Source: Raillietiella orientalis
Taxonomy: Eukaryota
Direction of reading: 5' to 3'
DNA length: 64,000 nucleotides
Assembly (NCBI GenBank): GCA_036172245.1
Contig: JAYWIR010000015.1
Span: 992,001-1,056,000 of the forward strand
This document shows positions 48,060 to 61,606 of this stretch, piece by piece; the first letter of the stretch is position 1; every line of letters begins with the position of its first letter. The position numbers were made by a program, and so were the translations under genes. The notes below the pieces were generated by a model. That model was not told the DNA's origin. It did no database searches and saw only the letters and a program-made list of their open reading frames with translations.

Positions 48060-50450
48060 ACCAAAGAAAAAAAACAAAAGTTCTTCCTACCTACAAACAG
48101 GCCAGATTTTAGAAAAGTAGAGATCTGAGAGAAAGGACAATAGATTTCAAAAAAGAAACGGAAGAAAGTAGGGAGAAGGGTCTTTGGTTTCATTCGTCCC
48201 TTTCTTCCAAGGAGAGGCTGTGGATAATGGCAAGCTCACTGATGACTTCTTCACCTTCCAGCAGTACTCACAGAGGTGACTGCCATGCTGGTGGCCTCCC
48301 TTTGCTGCAAACGAGGCTCAAACAAATGAAGCACTGTCACCATGGTGACTGCGATCACAGCCTCGGTCTTCAGCTCCCTTGGAATGAAGAAGCGCCTGAG
48401 CAATTTCGAAGCGGAGTTCTTCGGGTGCTCTACCGCCGGAGCGAACCTCTCCCCACGTGTCCTCCAGGGCACTGCAATTCAACAGAAGATGCGATGGAAT
48501 CATTCCATTGCCCTCAATTCGAACAGTTCAGAAAGGCAATTACCCCGGAAACCAGGAGCCTGCGCTGGTTGTACCAGAATGCCGTTTGCTCGGAAACGAG
48601 TGGAGCCGTCCACCGACTAGCTCGTCTTGCAGCCGTCCAGTTTTTCAATTCTTGCAATTTTGAAGAATTTCCACCTCGCTAGTTGGCTGCTGTCATCGTT
48701 TGCCCTGAGGACAGACAGTGCTGCGGCAATGAGTGTGGCTGAGACCACTGCGTCCCGTCCTGCAGCAATCTTCCAGCAGCTTGCATGGGAGTTTCTGCAG
48801 AGGACGCTGTTCCTCTGGGTGACTTCCAAAGTGGCAACCCAGGATTCCAGTGCCTCCTGCTGCCAGGCGTTTTAGTTTCGGGGGCAACAGGATATCTACA
48901 ATTGAGCTACCAGAAGTGAGGAAAGTTGCCTTGGGGGTGACTAAATCCAAACCTCCTACGTGGGTTGCACGGCAGCAGTGATAGAAGTCCTGTGCTTCCA
49001 GAGTATCGCCAGAGGATGTGGCGTGCCGAAGTACACCAGTGGCAAGTCTACAATTTTCAACAAAGCGTCAAAAGTTGGAACTGCTTCTGCGATCCGATCT
49101 TGTGGATATCAGGATGTCCAGGCCTGCATCTTGACGCGATGCCATTAGGTCTTTCAGTCGGATCCGATAGAAGGATGGAGGAGAAAAAGGAGAGTGTGTG
49201 CGAGCAATCCACGCTTGGTGGTTGCTTCGAAACGCGCTGCTACAACGCGGAACTCCACCCCAAATTCTTAAATGGAGTGCGGGTCGGTCCCCCAAAAGGC
49301 AAAAGTGAGGAAGGAGGCAAGGAACGAAAGAAGAAATCGGAAAACAGGGGAGCGAGAACCGGAAGCGAGGGCAAGTGCTGAACCGTCCGCGGAATCCCTC
49401 CAGATGGACGCTCCAGCGTGCGGAGCACAAACGAGCTGCGATTTCCTCGGGCACCTGCATCTCTAGCCGGGGTGTAAAGTCGCGGTCCTTGGTCTGCGGT
49501 ACCCACAGCCGCGAGCTATGGAAGGGAATCCACGAAGAAAGAGAACGCGGACATGGCCTCCTCTCACTCCCTTCTTCAGCATTCAGCAGCCCGGCAGTCC
49601 GAACTTAAAGATGCTTGGTAGTCCTGTAGTGCAACGTCGTGGAAGAACGCGGCAGTCGCGGAAAAGCAGGAACGTCAGTTTCGCGCGGCAGCTGAGCGAC
49701 TTGGTCCTCACGGCGCTGCGGTCGCAAGCTGAAGAGGAAAAACTCGGTACTCTAAGGGAGCTTCCCCCTTGCCCTTGGTGTGGCGGCAAAAAGCAAGGAG
49801 TAAGCTCGCGGCGGGTGTGACCTCGTAGCAGAGTTCCGCTGCCATGAAGAGGGTAGGGCTTCTCAGTGTGCATGCAGATTCTCCCTTCGAAAAGATCAAG
49901 GGCACCCACGTCCTCTGACTGACCACCACGGCGAAATCGTATGTCGCGGCAAGGGGTTGTCCTTGTTTATAGCCCACAGCTTCCGGTGGCCATGACTTCT
50001 TTTTTTTTTTTCGGAGGGGGAGAAGGGGACTTTCCGGATATATCCGGCGCCGATCGGTTTCGGCCCACTCACCTTCCGAGAAAGGACGCCTTCTTCTGGG
50101 GTTCCGTCTGTGAGCTGACAGCTCCTCTCCCGTTTCTCCCTCAGTCTCTGCTCCCTGCTTCCGGCATCGCTTTCTCTCCTTCCCGGTCGTCTCAGGATGC
50201 GCCGAACGACCCACTTCCGATCCCTGCGGAGGGTCTTCGAAACCGGTGGTAGCGAGAAAGAGTGGACTCGCGTCTCGGCGGCGATCGACGCATCGATGTT
50301 CACATGTTCTGCAGCAGCAGCAGCAGCATTTTCCCTTTCGGCAGTCGACCCTGCACTCTGGCCGCCGGGCAGCAGTCGGCGGCGAGAGTCGGCAAGGGAG
50401 GGCAGGCGCGTGCGCGTGCGAGAGGAGTGGACACGCTCCAGTGCGGTGCG
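48060..50450 (-). mobile_element. LINE ORF2 RT to 3' end; 5' part unusually GC/CpG rich
   Basis: 'TPEEGVLSRKVSGPKPIGAGYIRKV' (cf. PK.G....NWRPI+L...YK), 'VGYKQGQPL...LIFSKGES' (cf. GF..GR...LDF.KA), 'RSAVRTK', 'GGLDLVTPK', 'PSHLLLNCSALEDTW'. Confidence 0.6.
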
Positions 50451-50599
50451 GCACCACAGAGGCCGTGCGAGAGCGCAAAGGAAGTTCATCCTCTCTCCCT
50501 CCTTCTCCTCCCTCCCACCTTCCACTGCTTGGAAAATGGAAGAGGCAGACGCAGATCCGCGCGCGAACTTGGAGCTGTCCCTCTCCGCCTGTCTATCTT

Positions 50600-51900
50600 G
50601 AGATGCTGCCCAGAAGGACTTTTACTTTCGTGTGCTGCAACGTGATGCTGCGTCATGCCAGTAGTTTTGCCTTCGACACGAAGATAAGGAACTCTTCGGC
50701 TCCCCTTTTTCCCTGTTGTTCGCCCCTACACACACCGGAATTTCTCACGAGGGAACTCCCCGTGTCTCCGGGGTCGCGAAACCATAGGTGCCCTTTCGGC
50801 CAAGGAAAATGTTCTCTCCTTCCTCTCCTTCCCACCTTCGGTTTTTGCTACGTCGGAATTTCCTAGAAAGTTGAGATTCGGTTGGCTGGACGACGGCCTG
50901 GTTGGGCAACCCCCAAGAATCCTCTTGAGAAACACGCAAACGATCGATCGATACACATCTGTATGTGACCCCCACTCCATCTTCCGAGCTCCGTCTGCTG
51001 CACTCCGAGAGATCGGGAAGCCCCTGAGAAGGTACGGAGAAAGCAAAAAGGAGTCACAGTGGCAGAGCAAAGATGGGGTTCAGGTACTGCTGAGGAGCAT
51101 CTTTCCATCCTTCTTTTCCCTCCATCAGGAAAGATTGACCGCGTCAGCCGAAGACGACCGCCCGGTTACTCGGGAGCGACTGCTGATGAACCTTTTGGAT
51201 ACAATAAACATGCAAGGGAAAATACACACACACACAAAAAAAAAAAACAAGCTTTGGAAAAGTAGGACTCAGGGTCAAACGCAAGTCCCGAACGGTCCAG
51301 GAAGATCTGTCGGATCTGCTGACTCACAGGTCGCTCTGTCTGATGAGTTCCGGAAAGCAGAGGCCATCTGTGGCGCATAAACACGATGGAGACAAGCGTC
51401 TTCCGAGATGTTGGCCTTCGCCCGGGCGATGTATGGAATTCCCGGGGCAACAGGCTCCTTCAGAGCGAATGGTGAGAGCGGACCTTCTTCTCTCGCCACC
51501 ATCCACCCTCCACCAGTTTGGTTTTGCATATGTATTTCAATCATCTCTTGTCGCTAATGATCGAAGCATGGCAGGTGGAAAATTTCCTGCAAGAGGAAAC
51601 TCCCATTGCTGGCTGCCTTGGCGACATCTAATGGTCATGGAGGAAACGATGCCTACCCTCAATTTTCAACGACGTTGATCCTGAACCTGAGGACTGGAGG
51701 CTCCCTTGTTGGAATGAAAGCCACCAGAAGATTCGCTCCCGATGCATCCTTCCGCGAAAAAAATACCCAAGTTCAGCATCCTCAGATGGATGTTATTTGG
51801 AGAAGGCACAAAACGTCCTCCTCACAGGCACAAACCGAGCCTCTTTTCTGCTGGTAGACTCTTCCTGATGATATCATGAAATGAGCAGCAGGCTGAAAGG
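50600..51900 (+). mobile_element. LINE linker/RT N-terminal remnant
   Basis: 'FPSFFSLHQERL...DDRPVT', 'PSPGRCMEFP' (cf. KSPGxDG+P), 'FPARGNSHCWLPWRHL' (cf. L+PK.G....WRPI). Confidence 0.55.
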
Positions 51901-51949
51901 AAGAGACATTCTACGAGATGCTCCGCGTGATCTTTCTCCTAGCCCCTTT

Positions 51950-53450
51950 CCTGTCTTTGATCCTCGTGTGATTTTCTGTGCCACACGTGTGGATCAGCGA
52001 AGCAAGCGACGGATTCGATGCATTCCAGAGTCTGTAAGTCACGTCCTTCAAGAAGACTGAGGTCATCCACTCATCTTCTCATCTTCCTGCCTGGATGAGA
52101 AGGGAATTCGAGGATGAGATTGGAACAAACCAATGCGATCTGAAACGCCCTCGCTCCTTGCTTCGTCTTGTATTTTTAGTCATGATCTCTGAAATGCTGC
52201 TGAGATCCCTGGAGAGCCAAAGCAGCACGTTAAACGTGTGCACTTTTTGCTCGATTAAATCCCCATCCGGAAAAGGAAAAGGAACACACGAGCTAAGAGT
52301 AGACCTAGAAACCGGAAACGGAAAAAAAATGCAAAAATACCTTTTTAGGCGCATTGATAAATCAGGACAGTAAGGCACACATGAAATGCACTCTCCAAAA
52401 ACTCTGCCGACAAAAATTCGCTTCTTCAAGACCAGCTTACCGCTCTGTGCAACACGACCAGTGAGAAATTCATCCACCAGCAGGAGATCAGTGTTCGCTA
52501 CGGCACCACGATGCACTTTTAGGGCGTTTTCATCCGTTAGCACATCCTCCTTTACTCCACTCGATCCCAGTGGCTTCTTTTCGGCCAACATTCACGAAGC
52601 ACTCGAGTAGAAGCGCTGCCTACGCTTCTCTGCCTACGTGGACATGTGCTGATCCGTTTCTTTTCGAAACGAAATCAGGAGGGATTGCGGTCAAGATTAC
52701 AGTGCTTGCAACGGATGGGAAATCGTCTTCGGCTCAAGAATTCCCTCACCTGCTACAGAAGAGGATTCCTGAAGTCGCGTGGAAGATGCAATCTTCTCTG
52801 ATAAAATAATGAACGCTCCCATCTGGCTAGATCCTGTTCACTTTAAAGTGTGAGGATCTGGAACCGAAGCAGATTTCTTCAGTCCACAGCACCTACCGGA
52901 TTATACACTAGAGCCCTCCATTTGTAGTTGACAGTGTTCCTGGAATAGATTCTGTTCCCAAGCGACAGAAGCGGAATAAAATAAAGTCATGCTGTCCCTC
53001 CTTGCGGCCCTCCGTGCACGAGCTCACGAAGTGCACCGCACTGGGACACCTGAGGCAAGCTGAAGCTCGGCTATGAGCAGTTGGTCCAGGAGGAAAACTC
53101 GTGCAGTTCGCTTGCGAGCCTGTACTCTGGCATCACCATCTTGTTCCATGAACGTGAAGTCCTGGTCTAAGGGCTCAATGGGGAGGACAAGCTGTCCGCT
53201 CTGATTCTTCCAGTTTGGTCTTCCCCGCGATGGTGAAAGACCAGAAACACCCCAGCTACAGTGTGCTCTCGTCAACTCTCGCCTGAGATCTGAGGTCATC
53301 CTCTGATTGAAGTCGAGGCTCGACTGGCGTCAGTTTTTCAGACGGGACTACGAAAGCTTCCATCGTCCTCTCCGCCACGGACAGAGCAAGACAAAAGACG
53401 CTGATGCTCCAGCAGCTGTAGTTGCACCTGGCAGCCCTGCGACGAGACAG
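51950..53450 (-). mobile_element. LINE ORF1 + endonuclease remnant
   Basis: DUF4283-like ORF 53024..53299 ('GLSPSRG..W...IEPLDQDFTFM'), knuckle-like 'ILFCSR*GNS*AEDDFP' ~52750, EN 'KPLGSSGVK...NTDLLLVDE' (cf. D++++QE). Confidence 0.5.
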
Positions 53451-53479
53451 GAGCGAGAGGATTAAGGAAGAAAGATCGC

Positions 53480-56400
53480 TCTCCCTGTCGATTGGAAATC
53501 AGAAAGCATCCTCAATAGTGCAAACTTATGGATGCTTAGGTCCTCCTTAGTCCACATAGGAAAGTCAAAAGTTCATCATTCCGTTTATGAGCAAGATCCC
53601 AAAGGATGAAGCGGGTGTTTGCCACGTTCCAACAAGGGAGCAAGCTTTGCAGGGTGGCACGCAAGAACGATATTCTTGTGCATGATTTCCATAGCATCGC
53701 CGATGCACAGTGCTCAGTGACGTAGCAATTTACAAAATGTCCTAAGAGTGCTCGAGCTTGCTTTTTGCCTAGCTCCTCCTGGTAGTTAAAAAACAAAAAA
53801 AAAATGGTCAGCTTGCATCCAGTTCATGTTTCTTTTTTGCTTTTTTTTTTGAGAGCTGCATTCACGAGTATTCTAGGGACCCCGACATTTTCAGAATCAT
53901 TTAGTGTTTCATTAAACTGGAGTCTCTTTATCTTCGATCCCTACAATAGCGTCTTCTGCTTCCAGCCGTGCTAATTGAAAGGGCCAAAGAAAGCATATTC
54001 CCCGTGGCTAAATCAGAAACTGTGAAAAGTAATTTTTTAGGTCAGGAATTAGAAATCCTTGTTCCTTGAATCCTGGAAGAATGCGAAACTCATTCGGGAG
54101 CCATAGTGGATTCGGTGGGTCTGTTCATATTTTCTTCATTAGACTAGAAGCTTTACCAATGCACAGCAGCATTAAAAAGGTGTGTTTTCAGGCGGGATGG
54201 AACTCCAGCAGAAAAGCTTGCGATCTGGAATTTGGGACCTCACTCATTGGCACTAGGATTTCCAGGTAAGGTCATCGAAACTCCTATTGCTATCCACTTC
54301 TATATTGCTTAGAACTTTCCTCATCTGCCTATACAATACCTCAAAAATTTGAGTTTCTTTCGCTTCCTGTTTCCATCAGCCTTTCTGTTGCTAAATATCT
54401 GGTTGCTGACCAAGTCACCCATTTGTGCTGTGCAAGGAGCCACAGCTCGGAAGCTTTTGGATTTCAATTTTCGAGGAAAGCAGATTCTTAAGAAATCGGA
54501 AAGAAGGATTCGTGCCTTTAGAATTTCACCAAAAATTGAAAAGGGCCACGCTCGAAGGCGTCATGAGCTGCTGTTCGATGAGAAATAGATAGGAATTTCT
54601 CAGAATTCAATCCAGAAACATCTACACATTTTGATACAAAAAAACTCCTACTGAGGTTGCCTACAGGCATTTTTAGACTGCTTGCAATGAGAACGTATGC
54701 TTTACGCTGGGTGCTTGCAAAGACCCCCGAAGACCACATTAGGCTCGAGTAATGTACGTGCCTGTTTCAATTGCCTGACAGCGCTGCAGGAATTCCTTTA
54801 AGGAATCCCTTCCTGCAGGAATTCGCTTGCAATTCCTTCAAAAGATGGATGCTGTTCCTTGTCAAACTTCTAAATAACTGCAGAATTCCGTATGACAACT
54901 CGGTTTTACTTCGCTGGATTCCCAAGGAAGATGGCGTTGGTTCAAAACGTTCTTCAGAAAGAGGTTGATTGGAGTTCCAGAATTGGGAAAATTGCAAGCA
55001 AGCAATTGGCAGAAAATGGCTGCTACATGATGGCTATGATTGAGACACTGCGAATGCTAGGAGCAATCCATTTAGAGTGTCCGGTTTACGGTGTTCGGTA
55101 ACCTATTCCCAGTGCTATGACAAACCAAGGGCAGTTGAAGCAGCATAGCCAGACGTAGCTCAGGAGAAATTTTTAGGCAAACCATGGCATTTCTTTTCAC
55201 AAAAGCACCCTCCAAGAATGCTTCAGGAAACATGCAAATGCAAGTGTGCAGGCAGAAGGGAACTCTGCAATGTGGCAGCAATTGCATTCTAGAGTTTCAA
55301 GAGAGGGATGTATGCAGGCAAATTGCTGAAAGAAGGGACAGGCTCCCGTGCCAGATTTGATGACCGTTAATCAATAGCCTCACCTAGATATGAAAAATTA
55401 CCAAGTTATGCCTGGCACTCCGAAAACTAGTTTTTCTTATCTGTCAGATGATTGTTTCTTCATTCAGGAGTGTGAGGAAAGTGAAAAATATATTCACTTG
55501 GATTCTGCATAAAGTGGTAGGAATTTTTAATGCGAATGAGAAAGCTGCAAAAGTTGCGAAACTAGCAGACAACCAGTAAGGCAAGGAGAGGAGAGAGAAC
55601 GATAGGATGGAAGGGGGAAAAAAAAAGAACATTTGCTAAAAAAAAAAAAAAAAATGTGTTTCTCTCATTTACGATAGAGTACGTTATTGTGCCGATACCA
55701 AAGAGGGTAATCGGATCGTTTCCTAATTTCAATGTGTAATGGCCAGCCCTGAAACAACCGGCTGGACAGTGCACATTGAAAAAGGAATTTCGCAAGCAGG
55801 GAAACTTCTTTGTATGCAGTCGTAGGTGCATAAAAAAGCACGACATGAAAATTGAAATGATTGATTTCCTTCTTACCAAAAAAAAAAAAATTGTAGGAGA
55901 GGACATGCGGACTGTCCATCGACCTATATGTAACAATTCCGATCAGCGTTTAAGCAAACGGATATTCTGATGTGCATAGCGCTGCTCCCTTCAAGGAGTG
56001 AACCACCAGGAAAACTTGAGCTCACCTAAGGAAACAATTGGATTATATCATGAATATTCATGATCATTGTATATTCATGGCAGAGAACGAGCAACATGCT
56101 GAAAATCATTTTAAAAAGTACACTGGTTCTCGTGTTTGTTCTGCTCTTGCTTCGTTCCTCTGGACATGGGTTCAAGGACTGAGTGTTGGATGCCTTTGGA
56201 TTTATGCAGAGTCTCACCTCTGTTACGTCCTGGATGCCAAGAGACAAATAGAATTTCAGCAGATTACCGGGTTCCCCCCCCCCCTCACACACACACACCC
56301 CGCCCTTGTGGTCACTGCTGTCCACCAAGGCAGCGGGGAGGAAACAAAAGAAAACAAAAAATAAAAATAAATACACTTTGCGGGAAGGGATCACTGTCTG

Positions 56401-59400
56401 CTGTTGGCAGTACAGGCCATCCTCTCTAGGATGTCGGCAAGGTCTTGCTGCATGTTGATTTCCAGGTGGCAGACCCTCCTCATCATGGGTTTCTGATGAG
56501 TTCTCCATGTGCCAGAATGCAGGCCACTCCTCCGGTCTCTCCAAAATCAAAACAACAGGGAAGCGAGCTGTTTTGTTTCTGGACGTTTCCAAAGATTGAT
56601 CATCAAAGGCTTGTAAGAGGAAGCTGATTGCATTCGATCTCCGGGATGCATTAGCCAGATGCATTAATGCGCAGTAATCCGAACAGAGCTGCATTTAAAT
56701 CGGGCAGTTTCAGGAGCTTGTGCCTTAATGCAGTTGGGATGCTCACTCGATTCACATGCATCCCTTCTCCTGTGAGTAGAGGATGCTGTTGCTTGGAACA
56801 GTGGGAATTCCGCAAGGATTCGCTTATCATTCGTCTGGATGGTTATCTCCTATGACTGAAAATAAACACTGAGCATACATATCCTCCAGATAGATTCAAA
56901 TATCGTTTTCGAAACATTGTCCGTAATCTTGGAAAACATCCATCCATCTTCCTGCAAGACAAGCTGGAAACCGAAACTCTTATAATCGAAAAGTTGTTTC
57001 TAAATCGGAAACCATCAATTTCTCGGATGTGCGCAGTATCGTGCGCTTGGACTACGTAACTATTGTTCACTTTAATCTTCCAACTAATCTGCTGCACCAC
57101 ATCTTTGGACACACCTTGAAATCTGACAGCTGCTGTGGCGCGAGGATTAGGTGGTGAAAGGTTCCATCACGGGTACCGAAAATGCATTTCATCATTTCCG
57201 ATGCAATGGGACTTTCGCGGAAAGCTCTTTCAGTCGTGTTCTTTGGGTTTGTTTATCCCATTCAAAATACCGCTGATGCAAGTTGGTACGGCATTTCTTG
57301 CTCGGAACGAGCTCGCAAAAGTTTGGTTCCTTTCATCCGTTCTACCAGCCCAAGAAAATTTTCTTCGGGAAAATCTCGTAACCCTCCTTGGATTTTCGGG
57401 ATGCCTGTTACCCGTCTTTGAATACAGTTCCATGCAGACGCTAGGTTCTGGTAGATTTTTCTGAAAGTTCTGGGTTTCCTTGGTACAGGCATGTTATAGG
57501 TCAAGTGTGATCAAGTGTGTTTGCAGTTGAAGCTTGAGAATCTCTCGCGTTATCCCTCCAAAGTTCTTCATGATTTATCACCTCTTTGCAGATCGATTCG
57601 GTTATTTCGATGCATTTCCGCATCCATTAAGATTGATTTCAGCAGCACACATAGTCTGTGCATGTCTCGTCTTTGTCCTGTTAGTCGCACTTTCCTTCCC
57701 TCGAGGCACACCATCAGAAGTCTTCAGAGTGAATCGAGCCTCCCAGGGACTCCCTGATTCCCCTTAGTCAGTGTAAACGATCAAAGAGTAAGAGACGGAG
57801 CAGTAGGACCTGTAGGACGAAGCAGATAGCTCGGCGAGGCACTTTATTCTGCTGACTTCCTTGGATCCGTCCGTCCAGATCGTTTCTGTAGAAGAATACA
57901 GCAGGTTACAAAGAGAATGCAGACATCCTTGCTGGATGAATACCTAGGAAGATTCAACAGGGATTGAACACATGGAAGTTCGATGAGCCAAACAACTACA
58001 TGAGGGGCGTATGAGCAGTAGGTCGGCAAGCTTTCTGTGTAGTTTAGGTAAATTGGGCCCTCTACCATGCAGCACCTAAGATGACCTGTTGAATAGGTCA
58101 CGCTCAAGAGTAATAGATAGACTCAAATTCGTCCACGGCTTGCTTATGAGCCAGCACAGGAAGCTAGACAATCTCTTATAAAGTAGTACTCAGATCCCAT
58201 GAGTCAGCAGAGTAAGGGAGGACCATGTCCCTAGTTGGACAGCACCATGCGTCGGATTCAGTTCCTATACCTAAAGCTATGGAGATAGATGGCAAAAGCG
58301 GGAGAGGAATCTTTCGAGAACTTTACTTTCCTGGTGACTGCGAGGGATTGTGGATGACGGAGAGAGATGAAATGGTAAGTTGGTACAGAAACTCATTAGC
58401 AGCTTCTGGTACTCTGTGAAAGCATGGGTAGCGGAGAACGCTACAGAACTTTCAGAGCAGGAAAAGCTGGAGACAAACGCTAGCGCGACATCCAGGAAAC
58501 ATCCTCCAGACAGCTGCTTTGGCTGACTTTGGTCTCCTCAGCTCACACTTTTTTTTTTTTGGATTTCCAAATGCAGTCAAGACAACCAAAGATCCCTTTG
58601 GTTCCAACACTACCAACTCACAGAACTTGCAATGACTTTCCGTGTGTGTTTCTCTGTGTGTTCATGTTCTTTGCTTTTTTTTCATCTTACAAAAATGGCA
58701 ACTGCTCGTAGCTGCTTCATAAACCATGCGAATTTTTATGAGCTTCTGGAAAAGTATTGGGAATTCTCAGATAAACTCCGGGAAATCCACGGATTCCTTG
58801 GAAGATCAATGCTCTGCTTGTGGTCCGTCTTAGCGTGATTGAGGCTCATGCTCCACCCTGCTGGGAATCAGCTGGGAAACAAGTTCTCCTGAAGCCCGAA
58901 TGCCGATACAATGCTACAAGCTCTCTCAAGCGCACGACGACGAGATAGAGAATGGCTCCAGATGCTGAATTTGGACCGAAAATTTACTGAATGCCGTTGC
59001 CTTGAATTTTCCTTCCAATGACTCAAAGTCATTGGTTGAATGCCAAGTCATCACTGCGGAGCAAATGTCTGATAGCTCAGCTGAAAGCAAAATTTCTTTT
59101 CTCTTAGAGCTGAAACCAAAGGTATATATCGAAGTTTGAATAGAACAGGTGGGAACTTGCGCGATTGCGATATTCCCTCTTGCATGCCCGTGTCCTCTTC
59201 CTACCTATCCTCTCTTTTTTTCAGCATTTTCTTTGTAGGTGCTTTTGAAGGAGAAACGAGAATTGCTTTGGCTTGAAACTTCCCGAAGACCAGGAAACCT
59301 TCCAAGAAACTGCAATGGACTCTGTAGAACGAAGAGTACACTCGGATGAACACCTTATCCTCCCCACAGGGCATAAGGTGCGTATCCGTATGTACACTTC

Positions 59401-60170
59401 ATCGCCCGAAGAGATGCGGAGAGAGCAGTCCTTGCTGAGGCACGTGCCCATATTCTCTGCCTAAGAGTGAAATCTGGAATACTGATTCTTCGGTGCTGGT
59501 CCTGAAGAGACCAAGGAAGGGAAATCAGGGATCAGGGAACTACAAAAAGTTCTGCTCACGCAGGACATGCGAGCGGAACTAGCATAGAACTGATGCGATC
59601 TCAAAAAAAAACACAAAAACAAAAGAAGGAGGAAACTGCGCTGGACCAAAGATAGCCAAGGCGTTCTCATGTGAGACCTGTGTCTGCTGCATGAGTAGCT
59701 GTAACGGGCAAAGTGCACTCGGGAAATGAAGGTTTTTTATGGACGGGCAGCACTGCGACAAGGGTAAAAAAAAAAAAAAAGTCGTCACTCATCCTTTCTG
59801 TATGCTGGATACCGATCTGGACCCAACTATGGAGCTATGTGCATCAGCGTTCCATCACAATTCTTAGTGAAATTCAATTGAGAGCTAGACGTCAGAGGAG
59901 GCTTTACTATACCTCCAGATGCGAGCTCATGGACTTTGGCTCCAGAGGAAATCTTGATGCTCTTAGGCTTCTTGAGCTTCTCCAAAAAACATTGAGATCT
60001 TCGCTATGTGGAGTCTGGGACATCATTTTTGACCAACCATCACCTAGACGTCATCATTCTACAGAGAGCAGTCACCAGAATGTTCCCACTGAGAATGGTC
60101 AGTTATTCTATGGCCTAAGTCCTGCTGGAAGTGATAATAAGAAAGAAAAGAAAAGCGGAGCTCCATAGCT
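53480..60170 (-). mobile_element. Decayed near-full-length L1-clade LINE
   Basis: ORF1 'RTPWLSLVQRSFLL...GRIRCSSECT' ~59670-59340; EN 'YCSYAP' ~58010; RT 'GEPGNLLKFYLSL...TRTSVLFKMIFSML' ~56270-56090; 'RVPFCLHTCICMFPEAF' ~55250; C-terminal 'ILWDLAHKRNDE' ~53590. Confidence 0.6.
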
Positions 60171-60179
60171 GCTTTGCTC

Positions 60180-61600
60180 ACGTTGGTAGAAGGCAGCAGC
60201 CACAGAGGGAAGCAGACGGCAGACACAGATCACTCAGGACCTGAAACGAAGAGCATAAGACGAGGAAGCTGGAAGCGTGGAATGTTCTAGAGAAGCTTCT
60301 CACCCGGATCCCTACGAAGGTTCTCAGGAACAGACCGGATAACTCCCAGGTGAAAGACGGAAAAGTAAAAAATTCAGACTCATTCCTCGGCTGGAAGAAA
60401 ACGGGGGACCAGATGGCGTGTCCAGTATGGAAGCTGGAACCGGGAGGATTCCAGGAAGAACTTACAAAATGGAAATGCTTGGCAAAGACCGTGAAGGGAC
60501 AGGAGGATATTGTTGGATCGCTCCCGGCTGTCCACCTCTTCTGCGATGGGCACGTCATCGTTGGTTTTCTTTCCTGAAGCGTTCCCTACTGCATCGGAGG
60601 ACAAGCTCTCCAGTACCAGCTAGGAAATCTTTCTGACGCGCTTTTTTTCCTCCCTCGCAGATGTCTTGGACCATTTCACTGCATATCATACTGGAGAGGC
60701 ATGCAAACAATACCAAAAGCAAAGGGAGGTGGAAAGCCAGTCCTGAGACTCTACTCAAAGCAGGAAGTTGAGCTGAGTTCATCTTCAGTCAGATTAAGTT
60801 TTCTCCCTTGACCCGGAGGAGTAGAACGAGTTGCGGAAACCATTGGTATCTTCCCGACTCTACAACCAGCAAGACAACTGCGCTTTATTCCACTCTCCTT
60901 CCTCCTCACAACTACTTGGTAAAGGAGATCCCTAGATAAGGAGTTTTCTCATCTCCAAGGCTGAAAGCGACGTCTCACTCGTTCTCTACAATCCTCCGGC
61001 ACTCTGTTGTGAGATGCAGGGTAAGCTGCCATGGATGGCAAGCGACGTGACACTTTTCCGGTGGAGAAAAAGGAGCATCCGTGTCTGCTTCAAACTCTGC
61101 ATGCTTCCGTCTAGCATTCTACAGGATTCCCAGCCTAAGGACTCTCATATGCTCTTGATTTTGGTATTCCCGCAGAGGAGGCGTTGCTCCGAATGGTGAC
61201 AACGGAGACAGGCATTCTGGGGAGATCCTGTAAATACTAAAACTGCTATTTCGAACATGAGTCTGTCCCCTTGACATGCTCCACACACTCATCCAAGAGA
61301 AAACGCCTCCTCAATGAGCTCAGGTTTTCTATTCTCTGTTTAAATTTCGGATGTGCACAAGACATCCTCGAAAAGAAGGGCATAGACAGCTCTATAGAAG
61401 CATGACTCCTTCAGATGAACTTTGAAAGTGTCAAAGCACTTATTTAAATGGATAGCGAATGATTTGTTAATTGTCCGGAAAAGATAATATGGACTATTAG
61501 TCTCATGAGTAGTTATTAAGTCGTAGGAATGATAGAGAAAAAGCTGGAAACCCAATATATCTTCCAGAATTGATACCTCCCCCGAAAAAATCGTAAACAT
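60180..61600 (-). mobile_element. LINE endonuclease end, linker and RT N-terminal remnant
   Basis: 'LREYQNQEHMRVLR', 'LTEDEL/SRVSGLAFHLP', 'PTISSCPFTVFAK...SSFHTGHAIW'. Confidence 0.55.
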
Positions 61601-61606
61601 AGCTGT

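Noticed and set aside
51340..51360. CTGATGA...GAAA hammerhead-like core (also ctgac...ccgaaa in the young LINE 3' UTR)
   Set aside because: No proper stem II closure or stem I/III pairing with an NUH site could be built.
52420..52700. Initial reading as a + strand ORF1 knuckle ('LPTLLCLRGHVL')
   Set aside because: The - strand gives a longer, ordered ORF1-to-endonuclease series across 53450-51950.
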